Positions 17,838 to 27,696 are shown, counted from the first letter of the stretch. The stretch is DNA of 64,000 nt from Eubacteriales bacterium (GCA_045576315.1 JAZNGE010000003.1:3778-67777); one strand, 5' to 3'. Notes: generated by a model not told the origin, from the sequence alone. Made by a program: numbers and translations.

Positions 17838-18120
17838 CCTGATTTTTTTATTTTGCCTTTCGGCAGGGGCCAAGTAGCACAGTTCGGGTATTCGTCTTGT
17901 GCCTTTCGGCTCTTGTGTGAAAAAGTCAACGAGCAGTAGGCAGATTTCTTTTTAAGCTCGGTTAGAGCAAAAAATATTACGTTCGGATAAAATAAAAAAA
18001 GCCAAGTATCGCTACTTGACTTGTAAGGTGATTTATATAGGTTTTCAGTCATATTTTTTCGCGTTGACTTTTTCGAGAACTGTGCTACGATCAGCCACCA
18101 CGAAAGGCAAAAAAATCAGG
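17838..18120. promoter_or_regulatory. Frpo-like single-stranded-DNA hairpin promoter
   Basis: three nested IR pairs; TTGACT (18064-69) and TGcTACGAT (18083-91) lie in paired arms. Confidence 0.7.
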
Positions 18121-18274
18121 CTTCGTATAAAGCCATATAAAAGAAAAAAGCCCGTAACTCCTTGTATAGAAGCTACGGGCTATTCGCTTGTCAGCGGGGG
18201 ATTTGAATACCGAAGTAATCCCTTGTAAAGAAAAATACGAACCTCGATTGCTCAGGGTTCGTATTATTCCTGTT

Positions 18275-18358
18275 TGGTGCGGGAGACGGGACTTGAACCC
18301 GTACGTCGAAGACACACGCCCCTCAAACGTGCGCGTCTGCCGATTCCGCCACTCCCGC
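18275..18358 (-). tRNA. tRNA-Leu(GAG), likely integration site
   Basis: cloverleaf with long variable arm; anticodon loop TTGAGGG; encoded CCA. Confidence 0.95.
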
Positions 18359-18514
18359 AACGGCTTTTCTATTATACAACATACAAATTCATTTGTCAAT
18401 AGCTTTTTTCAATTTTTTTGAATATTTTTATCGTTTTTTCAAGCTTTGTAAGATGTGATTATATAAACACGGAAAAGTTTGATAAAAATATGCAATTTGC
18501 GAACAGAATACGGA

Positions 18515-18754
18515 TTATATAAGGTCGTTCACGTTAACGCCAAATATTTCCGCAAATGCTTTAAGCTCAATATCCGTTACAAATCTTTTTCCGCATTCGA
18601 TTCTCTGAATGGCATTTTTATCAACGTCGATGCCGATAAGCTGCATCTTGTCCGCCAAGGCTCTTTGCGAGAGCTTAGTTGGGTAGCTTGTGCGCAACTT
18701 GTTGATCTTTTCGCCGCACAGATTGTTGCGTCCTTCATTTTTATTTTTGAACAT
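18515..18754 (-). CDS. XRE-family HTH regulator
   Basis: LSQRALADKM..AIQRIECGKRFVTDIEL. Confidence 0.9.
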   Translation of the reverse strand: MFKNKNEGRNNLCGEKINKLRTSYPTKLSQRALADKMQLIGIDVDKNAIQRIECGKRFVTDIELKAFAEIFGVNVNDLI

Positions 18755-18876
18755 AATTACACCTCTTTTTGACATTCAGTGATTGACAAATCTATTATAG
18801 AATGTTATAATAAATTATTTGACATTCGCAAGATGTCAAATCGGACTTAAGAAAATAAATATTGCGAGGCAAATAT

Positions 18877-19047
18877 ATGAATTTTAATGTAGGAGTCACA
18901 CGAGAAATAGACAATGTCGGCAGATTGGTTATACCAAAGGAGATCAGAGAATGTTTGCGGCTGGAGGGAATAGTTGAGCTGATAGTCACGCAAGAGGGAT
19001 TGTTGATTAGAAACAGAGAATATAAAATGGTAAAAATGAAGGAGTGA
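18877..19047 (+). CDS. AbrB/MazE/SpoVT-family DNA-binding protein
   Basis: GVTREIDNVGRLVIPKEIR. Confidence 0.85.
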   Translation: MNFNVGVTREIDNVGRLVIPKEIRECLRLEGIVELIVTQEGLLIRNREYKMVKMKE

Positions 19048-19083
19048 AGCGCCGCTTCACTCCTTTATTTTTTCTTATTTTAA

Positions 19084-19737
19084 TTACTTTCTTACCTTCT
19101 TTTTAAGACCGGTGAGAAGCAGAATTAAGCCTACTACGAGAAATACCGCCATAGGAGCAAATTCCGAGGGATCTCCCTCGCCGCCTGCCATAGTTGATAT
19201 ACGTATAAGTGAACCAAATACGCCAAGGCCGGTAAGTATAGATCCTACGATGATCTTGGGCTTGCTTCTGCGAGGCTTAGCGCGTTCTTCCTGGCGCTTA
19301 CGCTCCTTTTCGGCTTCCTTTTCGTGCTGTTCTGCAAAGTATTCCTTCCAACCTTGAATGATTTCGTCCTTGAATTCGGTTACCTGATACTCGGGTGTAG
19401 ATATGATCTTGTCGCCCTTTGTAACTATTTCGATCATAAGAACTTCATCGCCTTCTGCTCTTGCCTGAAAGTTCCATTCATCTCCAATTGCGTTCATTGC
19501 TTGAACGCGGTTGACGGTGTCAAAAAAACCACCGCTACCGGTAAGATTGTTAATCGTTCCTTGGATTCTTCCGGATGTGCGCTTTGCATCAGAGTTGGAG
19601 TGGATAGTATAAGCGTGAAGACCGTCCTCGATTTCGTATACCATATCATCCTGCATCAAAATAGATCTACCGCCATCCATTGATAAATAGCCGCCAAAAT
19701 CAGGATTTCCACTAATCGATAAGTAAAGATAAGCCAT
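19084..19737 (-). CDS. membrane protein (two C-terminal TMs)
   Basis: AAGGAG RBS; hydrophobic C-terminus. Confidence 0.75.
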   Translation of the reverse strand: MAYLYLSISGNPDFGGYLSMDGGRSILMQDDMVYEIEDGLHAYTIHSNSDAKRTSGRIQGTINNLTGSGGFFDTVNRVQAMNAIGDEWNFQARAEGDEVLMIEIVTKGDKIISTPEYQVTEFKDEIIQGWKEYFAEQHEKEAEKERKRQEERAKPRRSKPKIIVGSILTGLGVFGSLIRISTMAGGEGDPSEFAPMAVFLVVGLILLLTGLKKKVRK

Positions 19738-19878
19738 GTTGTTCTCCTTCAAAAAGTTTTGTGAGTAAAAGTTCAAAAAAAGAACTGAACTTATCAGTAT
19801 TATAATTCTGTTTTGGAATTTTGTCAAGGCTTTTTTGGGATATAATTCTAAAAAAGAAATAAAAAAAGGACAGGATTT

Positions 19879-20133
19879 ATGAAAATTCGCAAGAAACAGT
19901 ATGGAGATTCTAATTTAGTAGGCAAAAATATTGAGCGTATTCGTAAGAAGCAGGGGATAAAGCAAAAAGACTTTATCGCAAAAATGCAGACGATGGGTTG
20001 CGATATAAACCCCACTAGTTATTCAAAGCTCGAGGGGCAAATTAGAAACGCAACCGATAAGGAAATATTCGTTATTTCGCGAATTCTTGACGTTCGGATG
20101 GAGGAATTGTTTGAAGAGAACGACATAGAGTAA
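19879..20133 (+). CDS. XRE-family HTH regulator
   Basis: GIKQKDFIAKMQ..SYSKLEGQIR; similar to 18515-18754. Confidence 0.9.
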   Translation: MKIRKKQYGDSNLVGKNIERIRKKQGIKQKDFIAKMQTMGCDINPTSYSKLEGQIRNATDKEIFVISRILDVRMEELFEENDIE

Positions 20134-20151
20134 TATACAAAAAAGACAGAA

Positions 20152-20748
20152 TCATACCGATTCTGTCTTTTTGCCTTCCTTTTCACACTTTTCATGTTTC
20201 CTTTCAAGCCGTTTCAACACGCTTTTAAGCATTGGCGTGTTGTAACGCAGCGCAAGGGTAGGGAGTATGTTCAAAAACACGTTTACCACCGCTACGGGCA
20301 GCGCGATAGTCAGAGCGCACACGTTCGGCAACGTCAGCATCGCGAGAAAGCCTATCGGGTAGGACAGCCTGTGCGTCAATACACCCTTGTTGCACTCTAT
20401 AATAAATCTCTCTATGTATTCGGGACTGTTCGGCTCTTTAACCGTCTTTTTGCTGAAGCCGCCAAGACCGCCAAGCTCCCATACCTTGTCCTTCCAGCGT
20501 CTTACTCTTAAAGCCTTGTAAAGCCTCTTTTCCCATTCCGATACGGCGTACATTCGGTTTTCGACACCAAACCAACCGTTCGGCATCTTGTTGATGAGTA
20601 TAGCCAGAGTGCCGTCAAGGGCAAATTGCAGCGCGGTGCACCAAACAGTCGCAATTATTACGTAATACCACGGCATAGCCCCGAAAAGAATATTAAAAAA
20701 ACTTATGATCGCCATCGATATTCCGATGACGGTAAGATATAATTTCAT
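20152..20748 (-). CDS. CrtO-like membrane protein (acyltransferase family)
   Basis: LRVRRWKDKVWE and N..P...LRYN motifs; TMs. Confidence 0.55.
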   Translation of the reverse strand: MKLYLTVIGISMAIISFFNILFGAMPWYYVIIATVWCTALQFALDGTLAILINKMPNGWFGVENRMYAVSEWEKRLYKALRVRRWKDKVWELGGLGGFSKKTVKEPNSPEYIERFIIECNKGVLTHRLSYPIGFLAMLTLPNVCALTIALPVAVVNVFLNILPTLALRYNTPMLKSVLKRLERKHEKCEKEGKKTESV

Positions 20749-20898
20749 AATTCACCTGTTCGTGCTTTGATAAAGCCCCTACAGTATACCACATGCGCAC
20801 CCCGTTGTCAACAAACCGCGTTTTATTTTCAAAACCACTTGAATGTTATGGGGGCTTTATGTATAATAGAGAGGAAGTAATATTTTTGGAGTTGAAAT

Positions 20899-21846
20899 AT
20901 GCAAATCATTGTCTGGCTTGGAGTTATACTGCTCGTTTTGCTTTATACGATGCAGTCCCTTTTTACAAAGCTTTATACCGACCGCTATCCCGGCAAGGCA
21001 GATATGGCATCGTCAATTCTCACCGTCGTTTCGGGCATCACGGTTGCGGTAGTCACGTTTTTCTGCTTCGAGTTTTGTCAGTTTACGTTTAACGGCTGGT
21101 GCATTCTTATAGGCGTGCTTAACGCCGTAGCGCTTTACGGATATAATTACTTTATCGTAAAAGCATCGCAGTCCGGCCCGTATTCGATACTTATGATGTT
21201 CTCGCTCGCGGGCGGTATAATAATTCCCATTGTCGCCTCTCTTATCATGGGCTGGGACGAGGCGTGGAATACCACGTTCCGCGTGATAGTGAACGTCGTG
21301 TGCATCGCCGCTATCATATCCGCGGTGTATCTCGTCAGCAACCGCCCCGATGACAGAGGTGCAAAGCAGGGAATAACCCTCGGGTTTATCCTTTCTTGCT
21401 TCGGTCTTGCGATCTGCAACGGCGTATACGGTATATTCCTCACCCTCCAGCAACAGACCGCCGCAGCAGGCGGAGAGGGAAATAGGGGAGAGATGGTAAT
21501 AACCACCTTTATTGCAGCAGCTGTGATCTCCTTTGTCATAGGTCTTGTAAAAGAGAAGGGTAAGCCGTTCTTCAAATGCTTCAAGCAGACTAAAGGCTCG
21601 GCGCTTTTCCTTGCGTTGACCAGCATTGTTTTTGCCCTTGCTATAAACCTCATCGTTATAATAATTCCTTACTTCGATACCACTATACTTTATACCATAG
21701 ACAACTCCTCCGTCCTCATTATGAGTGTGCTTATCTCATGGATATTCTTTAAGGAAAAGCTCACTCGTATGAACGTCCTTGGCATCGTGATAATGTGTGC
21801 CGCCCTCGTGTCTATGAACCTTTTACCTGCAATAATAAACCTCTGA
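20899..21846 (+). CDS. EamA/DMT family transporter
   Basis: about 10 TMs; FFKEKLT C-terminal motif. Confidence 0.8.
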   Translation: MQIIVWLGVILLVLLYTMQSLFTKLYTDRYPGKADMASSILTVVSGITVAVVTFFCFEFCQFTFNGWCILIGVLNAVALYGYNYFIVKASQSGPYSILMMFSLAGGIIIPIVASLIMGWDEAWNTTFRVIVNVVCIAAIISAVYLVSNRPDDRGAKQGITLGFILSCFGLAICNGVYGIFLTLQQQTAAAGGEGNRGEMVITTFIAAAVISFVIGLVKEKGKPFFKCFKQTKGSALFLALTSIVFALAINLIVIIIPYFDTTILYTIDNSSVLIMSVLISWIFFKEKLTRMNVLGIVIMCAALVSMNLLPAIINL

Positions 21847-21862
21847 TAAAGGAGAAAAATGT

Positions 21863-24331
21863 ATGATCAGCGCACAAAATACTGTCCTTAAAATAATCGC
21901 TGGCAAGACCGACGAGCCTATGTTTGCCGAGATAATCTCAAAAAACGAGATTGCCTCTGCCCAGTGGCAGATCAACGACCGCAACGGCGCGAAAATTGCC
22001 GACGGAAATTGTGAAATAAATTCACACGGGGCAAGCCTTTTTGCGCTTTTCAACGCAAACCCCTGGTCTGCTGAAAGCCCCTACCTTTATACGCTTTTTG
22101 TAAACATAAGTTATAAAAATGGCGAAAATGAAGAGATCGTTGACCGCTTTGGATATAGATATTTCAGCACAGACGAGAAAAACATATACTTAAACGGCTA
22201 CCCCTTCTATATGCGTGCTTATATCCGCGGTGCTGCCGCCCACGAGCATCAGAACAACTGCAACCTCACCGAGTACGAGTTCTATAAAAAGAACTTCCAA
22301 ATGGCAAGAAAGTACGGCTACAACACCGTCCGCTTCCACTCGGTAATTCCTACCGATGAGTGCTTCCGCGCCGCTGACGACTGCGGTATGCTCGTGCATA
22401 TGGAGATGCGCAAGGAAAACGACGACTACAACAACCTCTCCGAGATGCTCTACGGCAAAAACGATTTCATAAGCGACGAGGTTTTGATCGGCATAATCAA
22501 CCGACTCTACAACCACCCCTCGTTTATGGTCTACTGCGTAGGAAACGAGATCCGCCAGCCCGGTCAGAAGCCGAGGATCAGAGAGATCCGCGACCTCATC
22601 AAACGCTACGACCCCACAAGACTTTTTGTTGACACCTGCGCGCACGGCGAGTTTGACCGTGACACCGTTGACTTTGACGTTCAGCATATGGGATACTATT
22701 TCCCCTACGGCAGAAATGCCAATATGTTCTCCGACACAGATAATCTTCTCGGCTTCGGCACAGTACGTAACAGAGAAATGGTAGTAAACGAAGCCGACGG
22801 CGGCAAGATCCGCCGCGGCATCAAATTCTCTCGCCCCCTCATCGCCCACGAGGTATGTCATTACACCTCTTGGCGCGATTTCTACGCATTGAAGGAAAAG
22901 TTCGAGCGCTACGGCAGACCGGCTCCCTGGTGGGTAGACGAGGAGATCAAGCTCCTTGAAGCCAAGGGCTATAAGGATAGCTTTGCCGAAACGCTTCAGA
23001 TAACCAAGGATTTCCAGTTCCGCGCTTGGAAAAACGCGCTCGAGGGCATTCGCGCAAGCCATCTTCTCTCCGGCTTCCATATGCTTCAGTTTGCCGATAC
23101 CGATAAGTACGAGAACTCGAACGGCGTTGTTGACTGCTTCGACGATCCCCACGGCATAAGCTCCGAGGAGTTCCGCAAGTTCAACGCAGACACCGTAGTG
23201 CTTGCTCGCCTCCCCAAGCAGATCTACTCCTTCGGCGAGACCGTAAAAGTCCCCGTCCTTCTCTCGCAGTATATGATTGCTCCCCCCGCAAGCGCTGACT
23301 TCTCCTACAAGCTCACCGCATCGGGCAAGACCGTCCGCTGTGGCAAGCTTACCGACGTCGATACCTTCAACTCCGGACTTTACGAGATATGCAGCCTCGA
23401 GTTCAAGCTTCCCACCTTTGACAAGGCAGAGAAGCTCGTGCTTGAATGCTCGCTCGATTTCGTTGACGGCACTACCGTTACAAACTCTTGGGAGCTTTGG
23501 GCTTTCCCGCCCGTTAATGCCCCCATTGAGCTTGACGTAGCCTCCGATATGCAGGCTGACTACCTCGACAATGCTGTCAAGTTTAACCCCGACTCCAAGC
23601 TTACCATAACTGACAAGCTTGACGACTTCCTTTTCGAAAGGCTCGAAAAAGGCGAGGACGTTATCTTAATTTACCGTACCGCGTGGACACGCCACCTGCT
23701 TGATAAGTCTATGCCCGCACCCAAATACTCCTTCGTTCACACCTGGGAAAGATACAAGGGCGTAATCTGGGATAGAGGTACTATCAACGGCGGCCGCGAT
23801 CAGCGCGATATCCTCAACTCCCTCGGATTTGTCACCGACGGTCAGATCAACTTCCAGTACTATCCCTTGATCGAGGACTCCGACAAGATCAACCTTGACG
23901 ATTTTCCCGTAAAGGCGCTCTCTATCGTTTCCGGTCTTGACAAGTGCAACCGCGACCGCTTCGATGCCACCAAGTTCAAGTTCTCCGAGCTTCGCCCCGA
24001 GCGCACTATGCGTAACTTCAGCTACGCTTTTGAGATCAAGGTAGGTAAGGGCCGTCTGCTCGTCACCGGCTTCAACTTCACCGGTGTCGCAAACGGTGAG
24101 CCCGCCACCGTCGCAATGCTCAAGGCGCTCGTTTCCTATTGCCACTCTGCCGACTTCGGCAGGGGAGAGTATATCTCCACAGCCGACCTCAAGGCATATC
24201 TTTCTGCCACCGCAAAGAAAGGTCCGCAGAAGGAGGGTATGATGACTCAGTACTGGCAGCTTGATTGCGAGCCCGTTGAGTCTATGGAGTATTGGACCGA
24301 GTCCGAGCGCTACTTAAGAGAAGATATGTAA
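21863..24331 (+). CDS. glycoside hydrolase family 2-like
   Basis: WSAESPYLY, FGYR, LNG.PFY, YNTVRFHS, NHPS..VGNE. Confidence 0.85.
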   Translation: MISAQNTVLKIIAGKTDEPMFAEIISKNEIASAQWQINDRNGAKIADGNCEINSHGASLFALFNANPWSAESPYLYTLFVNISYKNGENEEIVDRFGYRYFSTDEKNIYLNGYPFYMRAYIRGAAAHEHQNNCNLTEYEFYKKNFQMARKYGYNTVRFHSVIPTDECFRAADDCGMLVHMEMRKENDDYNNLSEMLYGKNDFISDEVLIGIINRLYNHPSFMVYCVGNEIRQPGQKPRIREIRDLIKRYDPTRLFVDTCAHGEFDRDTVDFDVQHMGYYFPYGRNANMFSDTDNLLGFGTVRNREMVVNEADGGKIRRGIKFSRPLIAHEVCHYTSWRDFYALKEKFERYGRPAPWWVDEEIKLLEAKGYKDSFAETLQITKDFQFRAWKNALEGIRASHLLSGFHMLQFADTDKYENSNGVVDCFDDPHGISSEEFRKFNADTVVLARLPKQIYSFGETVKVPVLLSQYMIAPPASADFSYKLTASGKTVRCGKLTDVDTFNSGLYEICSLEFKLPTFDKAEKLVLECSLDFVDGTTVTNSWELWAFPPVNAPIELDVASDMQADYLDNAVKFNPDSKLTITDKLDDFLFERLEKGEDVILIYRTAWTRHLLDKSMPAPKYSFVHTWERYKGVIWDRGTINGGRDQRDILNSLGFVTDGQINFQYYPLIEDSDKINLDDFPVKALSIVSGLDKCNRDRFDATKFKFSELRPERTMRNFSYAFEIKVGKGRLLVTGFNFTGVANGEPATVAMLKALVSYCHSADFGRGEYISTADLKAYLSATAKKGPQKEGMMTQYWQLDCEPVESMEYWTESERYLREDM

Positions 24332-24401
24332 AAGCAAATTCCCACGGCGCTATTGACACGCCGTGGGATTTATGTTAGAATAAAGAAAAAAGGAGTTTTT
24401 T

Positions 24402-24752
24402 ATGAAAAAGCTTAATTTATTTTTATTGATATATAAGATCATAATTCTTTTGCTCGTTCTTGCCGTTCTCGCGTGGGGTCTGTATTGCATGTTCGATTAT
24501 GCAAACGCCGTCAAGACCGACACCGACGACCTTGGCACTGCTCTCGGCGTGGCGATCGTGTTGATATTCAGTATGATATTCGATGCTGCACTTATCGTGC
24601 TTGCACTACCCGGTCTTATCATTTCGTTCGCTCGCAAGACTAACCCAAATCGCAAGCGCGAAATCATACATTTCTCGCTCATAACGGCATCACCAATCGT
24701 CAGCTTCGGCATATTTTATTTAGTCACCCTGATGGTTACAAGTCTTGCATAA
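24402..24752 (+). CDS. small membrane protein
   Basis: 3 TMs; RBS. Confidence 0.75.
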   Translation: MKKLNLFLLIYKIIILLLVLAVLAWGLYCMFDYANAVKTDTDDLGTALGVAIVLIFSMIFDAALIVLALPGLIISFARKTNPNRKREIIHFSLITASPIVSFGIFYLVTLMVTSLA

Positions 24753-24794
24753 CATATGAAAAAGCGGCGGCTCTTAACGAGTCGCCGCTTGCTT

Positions 24795-25940
24795 TTATAT
24801 CATATTTCCGTTAACGAATATCGCCTCAACATTGACGTCATCGTCGAACACAACGAGGTCTGCATCGTACCCCGTGTCAATTTTTCCTTTGTTTATTTCC
24901 AAAAGCTGTGCAGGAACTGCCGTCATCATCTTGACCGCCTCGCACACGTCAAATCCGCAATCCTTGGTGATAAAGCGCACCAGTCTGTCTGCCGTTGCTA
25001 TACTTCCGGCAAATGCGCTCCTGTCGCGCAGCTTGCATACGCCGTCCTCAACGATGAACTCAACGCCTGCCATCACGCCCTCTTTGATATCCGTGCCGGC
25101 AATTTCGAGTGAGTCGGTCACAAGCACGACCTTGTCCGTGCCCTTGATCTTGATTATCATCTGCACAAGCTCGCGCGGCAGGTGCTTGCCGTCCGCGATT
25201 ATCTCGGCGTACAGATCGTCACGCAAAAAGGTACTCTCAATAACTCCGAGCGAACGGAAACCGAATTTTCTCGTTACCGTCGAGGTAGCGGAATACAGGT
25301 GAGTTACAAGCTTGCAGCCGTTGTCAAGCGCTATCGCCATATCCTCGTATTTTGCATCGGTATGACCGGCGGAGGGAAGTATTCCGTGCTCGGTAAGATA
25401 TGCCGCAAATTTGCCCTCAGGGTCGTTTTCGGGCGCATACGTCCAGCGCGAGATCGCGTCACCGTACTTTTCAACCAGAGCCCTGTAGTCCTCTTCAATC
25501 GGTGGCGTTATAAGCTCGGTGTTCTGCGCACCGCACTGATTTTTCGAAAGGTAAGGACCTTCAAGATGCGCACCGAGTATGTTCGCACGGGTCAAGCCCT
25601 CGTCGCGCGCAGTCTTGATTGCCTTGACTGCCTTTTCTATCACCTCAATAGGTGCGGTCAGAGTGGTCGGCAGTATCGTCGTCGTGCCGTGCATAAGGTG
25701 ATGCTCACACGCCGCAGCAACCGTTTTTGCATCATCGGTGAGAAAGGGAAAGCCACCCGCACCGTGAGAGTGCATTTCTATAAATCCGGGGGATAAGTAC
25801 CTACCCGTGTAATCTAATTCGAGATCTGCACCCCTCTTTTTTGCGGAGATTTCGGCAATTTTGCCGCCATCTGTGTAAACGTATCCGTCAAAAAGTCCAC
25901 ACGGGGTGATGATCTTGTCACACTTAATTCTCGTGATCAT
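24795..25940 (-). CDS. nagA: N-acetylglucosamine-6-phosphate deacetylase
   Basis: PGFIEMHSHG, HLEGPY, GHT, THLY, IADGKH, AGS. Confidence 0.92.
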   Translation of the reverse strand: MITRIKCDKIITPCGLFDGYVYTDGGKIAEISAKKRGADLELDYTGRYLSPGFIEMHSHGAGGFPFLTDDAKTVAAACEHHLMHGTTTILPTTLTAPIEVIEKAVKAIKTARDEGLTRANILGAHLEGPYLSKNQCGAQNTELITPPIEEDYRALVEKYGDAISRWTYAPENDPEGKFAAYLTEHGILPSAGHTDAKYEDMAIALDNGCKLVTHLYSATSTVTRKFGFRSLGVIESTFLRDDLYAEIIADGKHLPRELVQMIIKIKGTDKVVLVTDSLEIAGTDIKEGVMAGVEFIVEDGVCKLRDRSAFAGSIATADRLVRFITKDCGFDVCEAVKMMTAVPAQLLEINKGKIDTGYDADLVVFDDDVNVEAIFVNGNMI

Positions 25941-26695
25941 ATAAGTGCCGATGATTCGTTGTCAAGATAGAGCATAGCGCCGCGTCTTGTGCGGAGAATG
26001 CTTGCAGGGCAATGCTCGTCGATATTGCCGGTAAGGGTCTCCTTTACCGCGTTTGCCTTGGTCTTCGCAGGCACGATGCAGAAAAGGTTAGGCGCTTTCA
26101 CAAGAGTAGGCACGGTAAGGGTAAGTGCGTGGGTGGGCACGTCGTCGATCTTTGCAAAGCAGCCGTCGTTTACCTGCTGCTGACGGCACATCTGGTCAAG
26201 CTCAACTACCTTGACTACCGCCTCGTCATTAAAGTCTGCAACGCCGGGATCGTTGAATGCGATATGTCCGTTCTCACCGATACCAAGCACAACGATGTCG
26301 GTGGGGTTCTCGATAAGCATGTTGCCGTATCTCTTGCACTCGCAGTTAGGGCAGGGAGCTTCGGTGTCAATGCAGTTCACGCTCTTAAAGGGAACAAGGT
26401 CGAAAATAGCGCGGCGCAGGAAGTTGCCAAAGCCCTGGGGTGCATCCTTCGCCAGCCCTACGTACTCGTCCATGTGGTATGCGTTGATTCTGTTCCACTC
26501 GATCGACTTGTCGTTAACAAGCGCAAGCAGAACGTCATTCTGCGACGGTGCCGCCGCAAATATCATGTTTATGGTTTCCTTGTTCGCAAGCAGCTCCTTG
26601 ATCTTCGCGCTGATATCGCGCGCAGCCGCCTCGCCCATAAGCGTGCGATTTTCAAAGGCTCTTACGGTAAGCTCGTCTTTTATGAATTCTCTCAT
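25937..26695 (-). CDS. nagB: glucosamine-6-phosphate deaminase
   Basis: HMDEYVG, LGIGENGHIAFNDP, CPAS. Confidence 0.85.
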   Translation of the reverse strand: MREFIKDELTVRAFENRTLMGEAAARDISAKIKELLANKETINMIFAAAPSQNDVLLALVNDKSIEWNRINAYHMDEYVGLAKDAPQGFGNFLRRAIFDLVPFKSVNCIDTEAPCPNCECKRYGNMLIENPTDIVVLGIGENGHIAFNDPGVADFNDEAVVKVVELDQMCRQQQVNDGCFAKIDDVPTHALTLTVPTLVKAPNLFCIVPAKTKANAVKETLTGNIDEHCPASILRTRRGAMLYLDNESSALI

Positions 26696-26861
26696 TTGAA
26701 AAACACCTCATAAATAAAGTTTTATACCTCTATAATAAAACATTTTATGCAATTTGTAAATAGTAAAAAGTGAAAAAGTTATTGCAAAAATTGTAGTTGT
26801 TGCTTGACAAGGAAAAGAGCGGATGATATAATGAATAAAAATAAGAAGGGAGGCCTTTTTT

Positions 26862-27656
26862 ATGAACGGATTCGTTAAATGGATGATGCGTCATCCGATC
26901 CTTGCAAAATTCCTTTTTGTATCTCCCGCCGTTTTGTTGGTTGCGGCGATTTCGGCTACAAGCTCGCAGCCTAAAGTAATAACCTTCGTCTTTAGCTTTT
27001 TCTTTCTTTTGTGCATTATATGGTTGATCGATGCTTGCTACGTCCCGGCCGCCACCAAGGCAACCAAGCTGCTTAACGACACCTGCGATTACGAGCCTCT
27101 TTTGGCGGTGACGGAGGATATCGTGCGATATGCAAAGCCGTCGCCCAATAAGCAGGCGATGCAGATAAATTACGCGTTGTGCTATATTCTCAAGGGCGAT
27201 GCCGCTACCGCAAAGCAGATAATGTCTAACATTAACATAGATAAATTCGCCGGTGCGTTATATTCTCATAAGCTGATATATTACAACAACCTTGCGGAAA
27301 TAGAGGATCTTCTCGGAAACCGCGAAGCTGCAGACCTGTATTTCGATAAGCTGTATAAAATGTACCGTGACTTAAAGCCCGGAAAGCAGAAGGATGCCTT
27401 CGCAGGCACTGTAAATTCCGCTGTTGCAGCGCACCTGTATCGTAAAGGCGATTATGCGGCGGCGCTTGAAATCATGGACGCCATGAAGCCAAACTGTCTT
27501 TGCTCGGCTGTTCAAAACGCTTGCGTGCACGCCCGTATACTGATCGCACTCGGATTAAACGATCGCGCAAAGGAAGCGCTTAACTTTGCTATCGCAAACG
27601 GAAACAAGCTTTACCACGTTACCGAAGCCAAGGAATTGCTTGCTCAAATTTCATAA
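26862..27656 (+). CDS. membrane-anchored TPR-like protein
   Basis: two N-terminal TMs, helical repeats. Confidence 0.7.
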   Translation: MNGFVKWMMRHPILAKFLFVSPAVLLVAAISATSSQPKVITFVFSFFFLLCIIWLIDACYVPAATKATKLLNDTCDYEPLLAVTEDIVRYAKPSPNKQAMQINYALCYILKGDAATAKQIMSNINIDKFAGALYSHKLIYYNNLAEIEDLLGNREAADLYFDKLYKMYRDLKPGKQKDAFAGTVNSAVAAHLYRKGDYAAALEIMDAMKPNCLCSAVQNACVHARILIALGLNDRAKEALNFAIANGNKLYHVTEAKELLAQIS

Positions 27657-27692
27657 AAAAACTCACACGGGTCACCCCGTGTGAGTTTTTTT
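27656..27692. terminator. bidirectional terminator
   Basis: aaaaaactcacacggg/cccgtgtgagtttttt. Confidence 0.85.
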
Positions 27693-27696
27693 GCTT

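Larger units (their letters stand above)
1..18274. mobile_element. Integrated rolling-circle (HUH Rep + Zot/pI-like ATPase) element, inovirus-related, adjacent to the 3' end of tRNA-Leu; left boundary outside window
   Basis: HUH Rep, Zot-like ATPase, origin hairpin and PcfJ/PcfK/ArdA-like module; ends at the tRNA-Leu 3' end; no integrase seen in window. Confidence 0.8.

Noticed and set aside
1-18274. Classical ICE/conjugative transposon
   Set aside because: No VirB4, VirB6 or MOB relaxase recognisable in the window; the HUH protein has Rep-type motif order (Tyr after HUH). The unseen left part could change this
18091-18421. ORFs over tRNA genes (also 40566-41218, 43590-44044, 44296-44619)
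   Set aside because: Spurious frames across tRNAs
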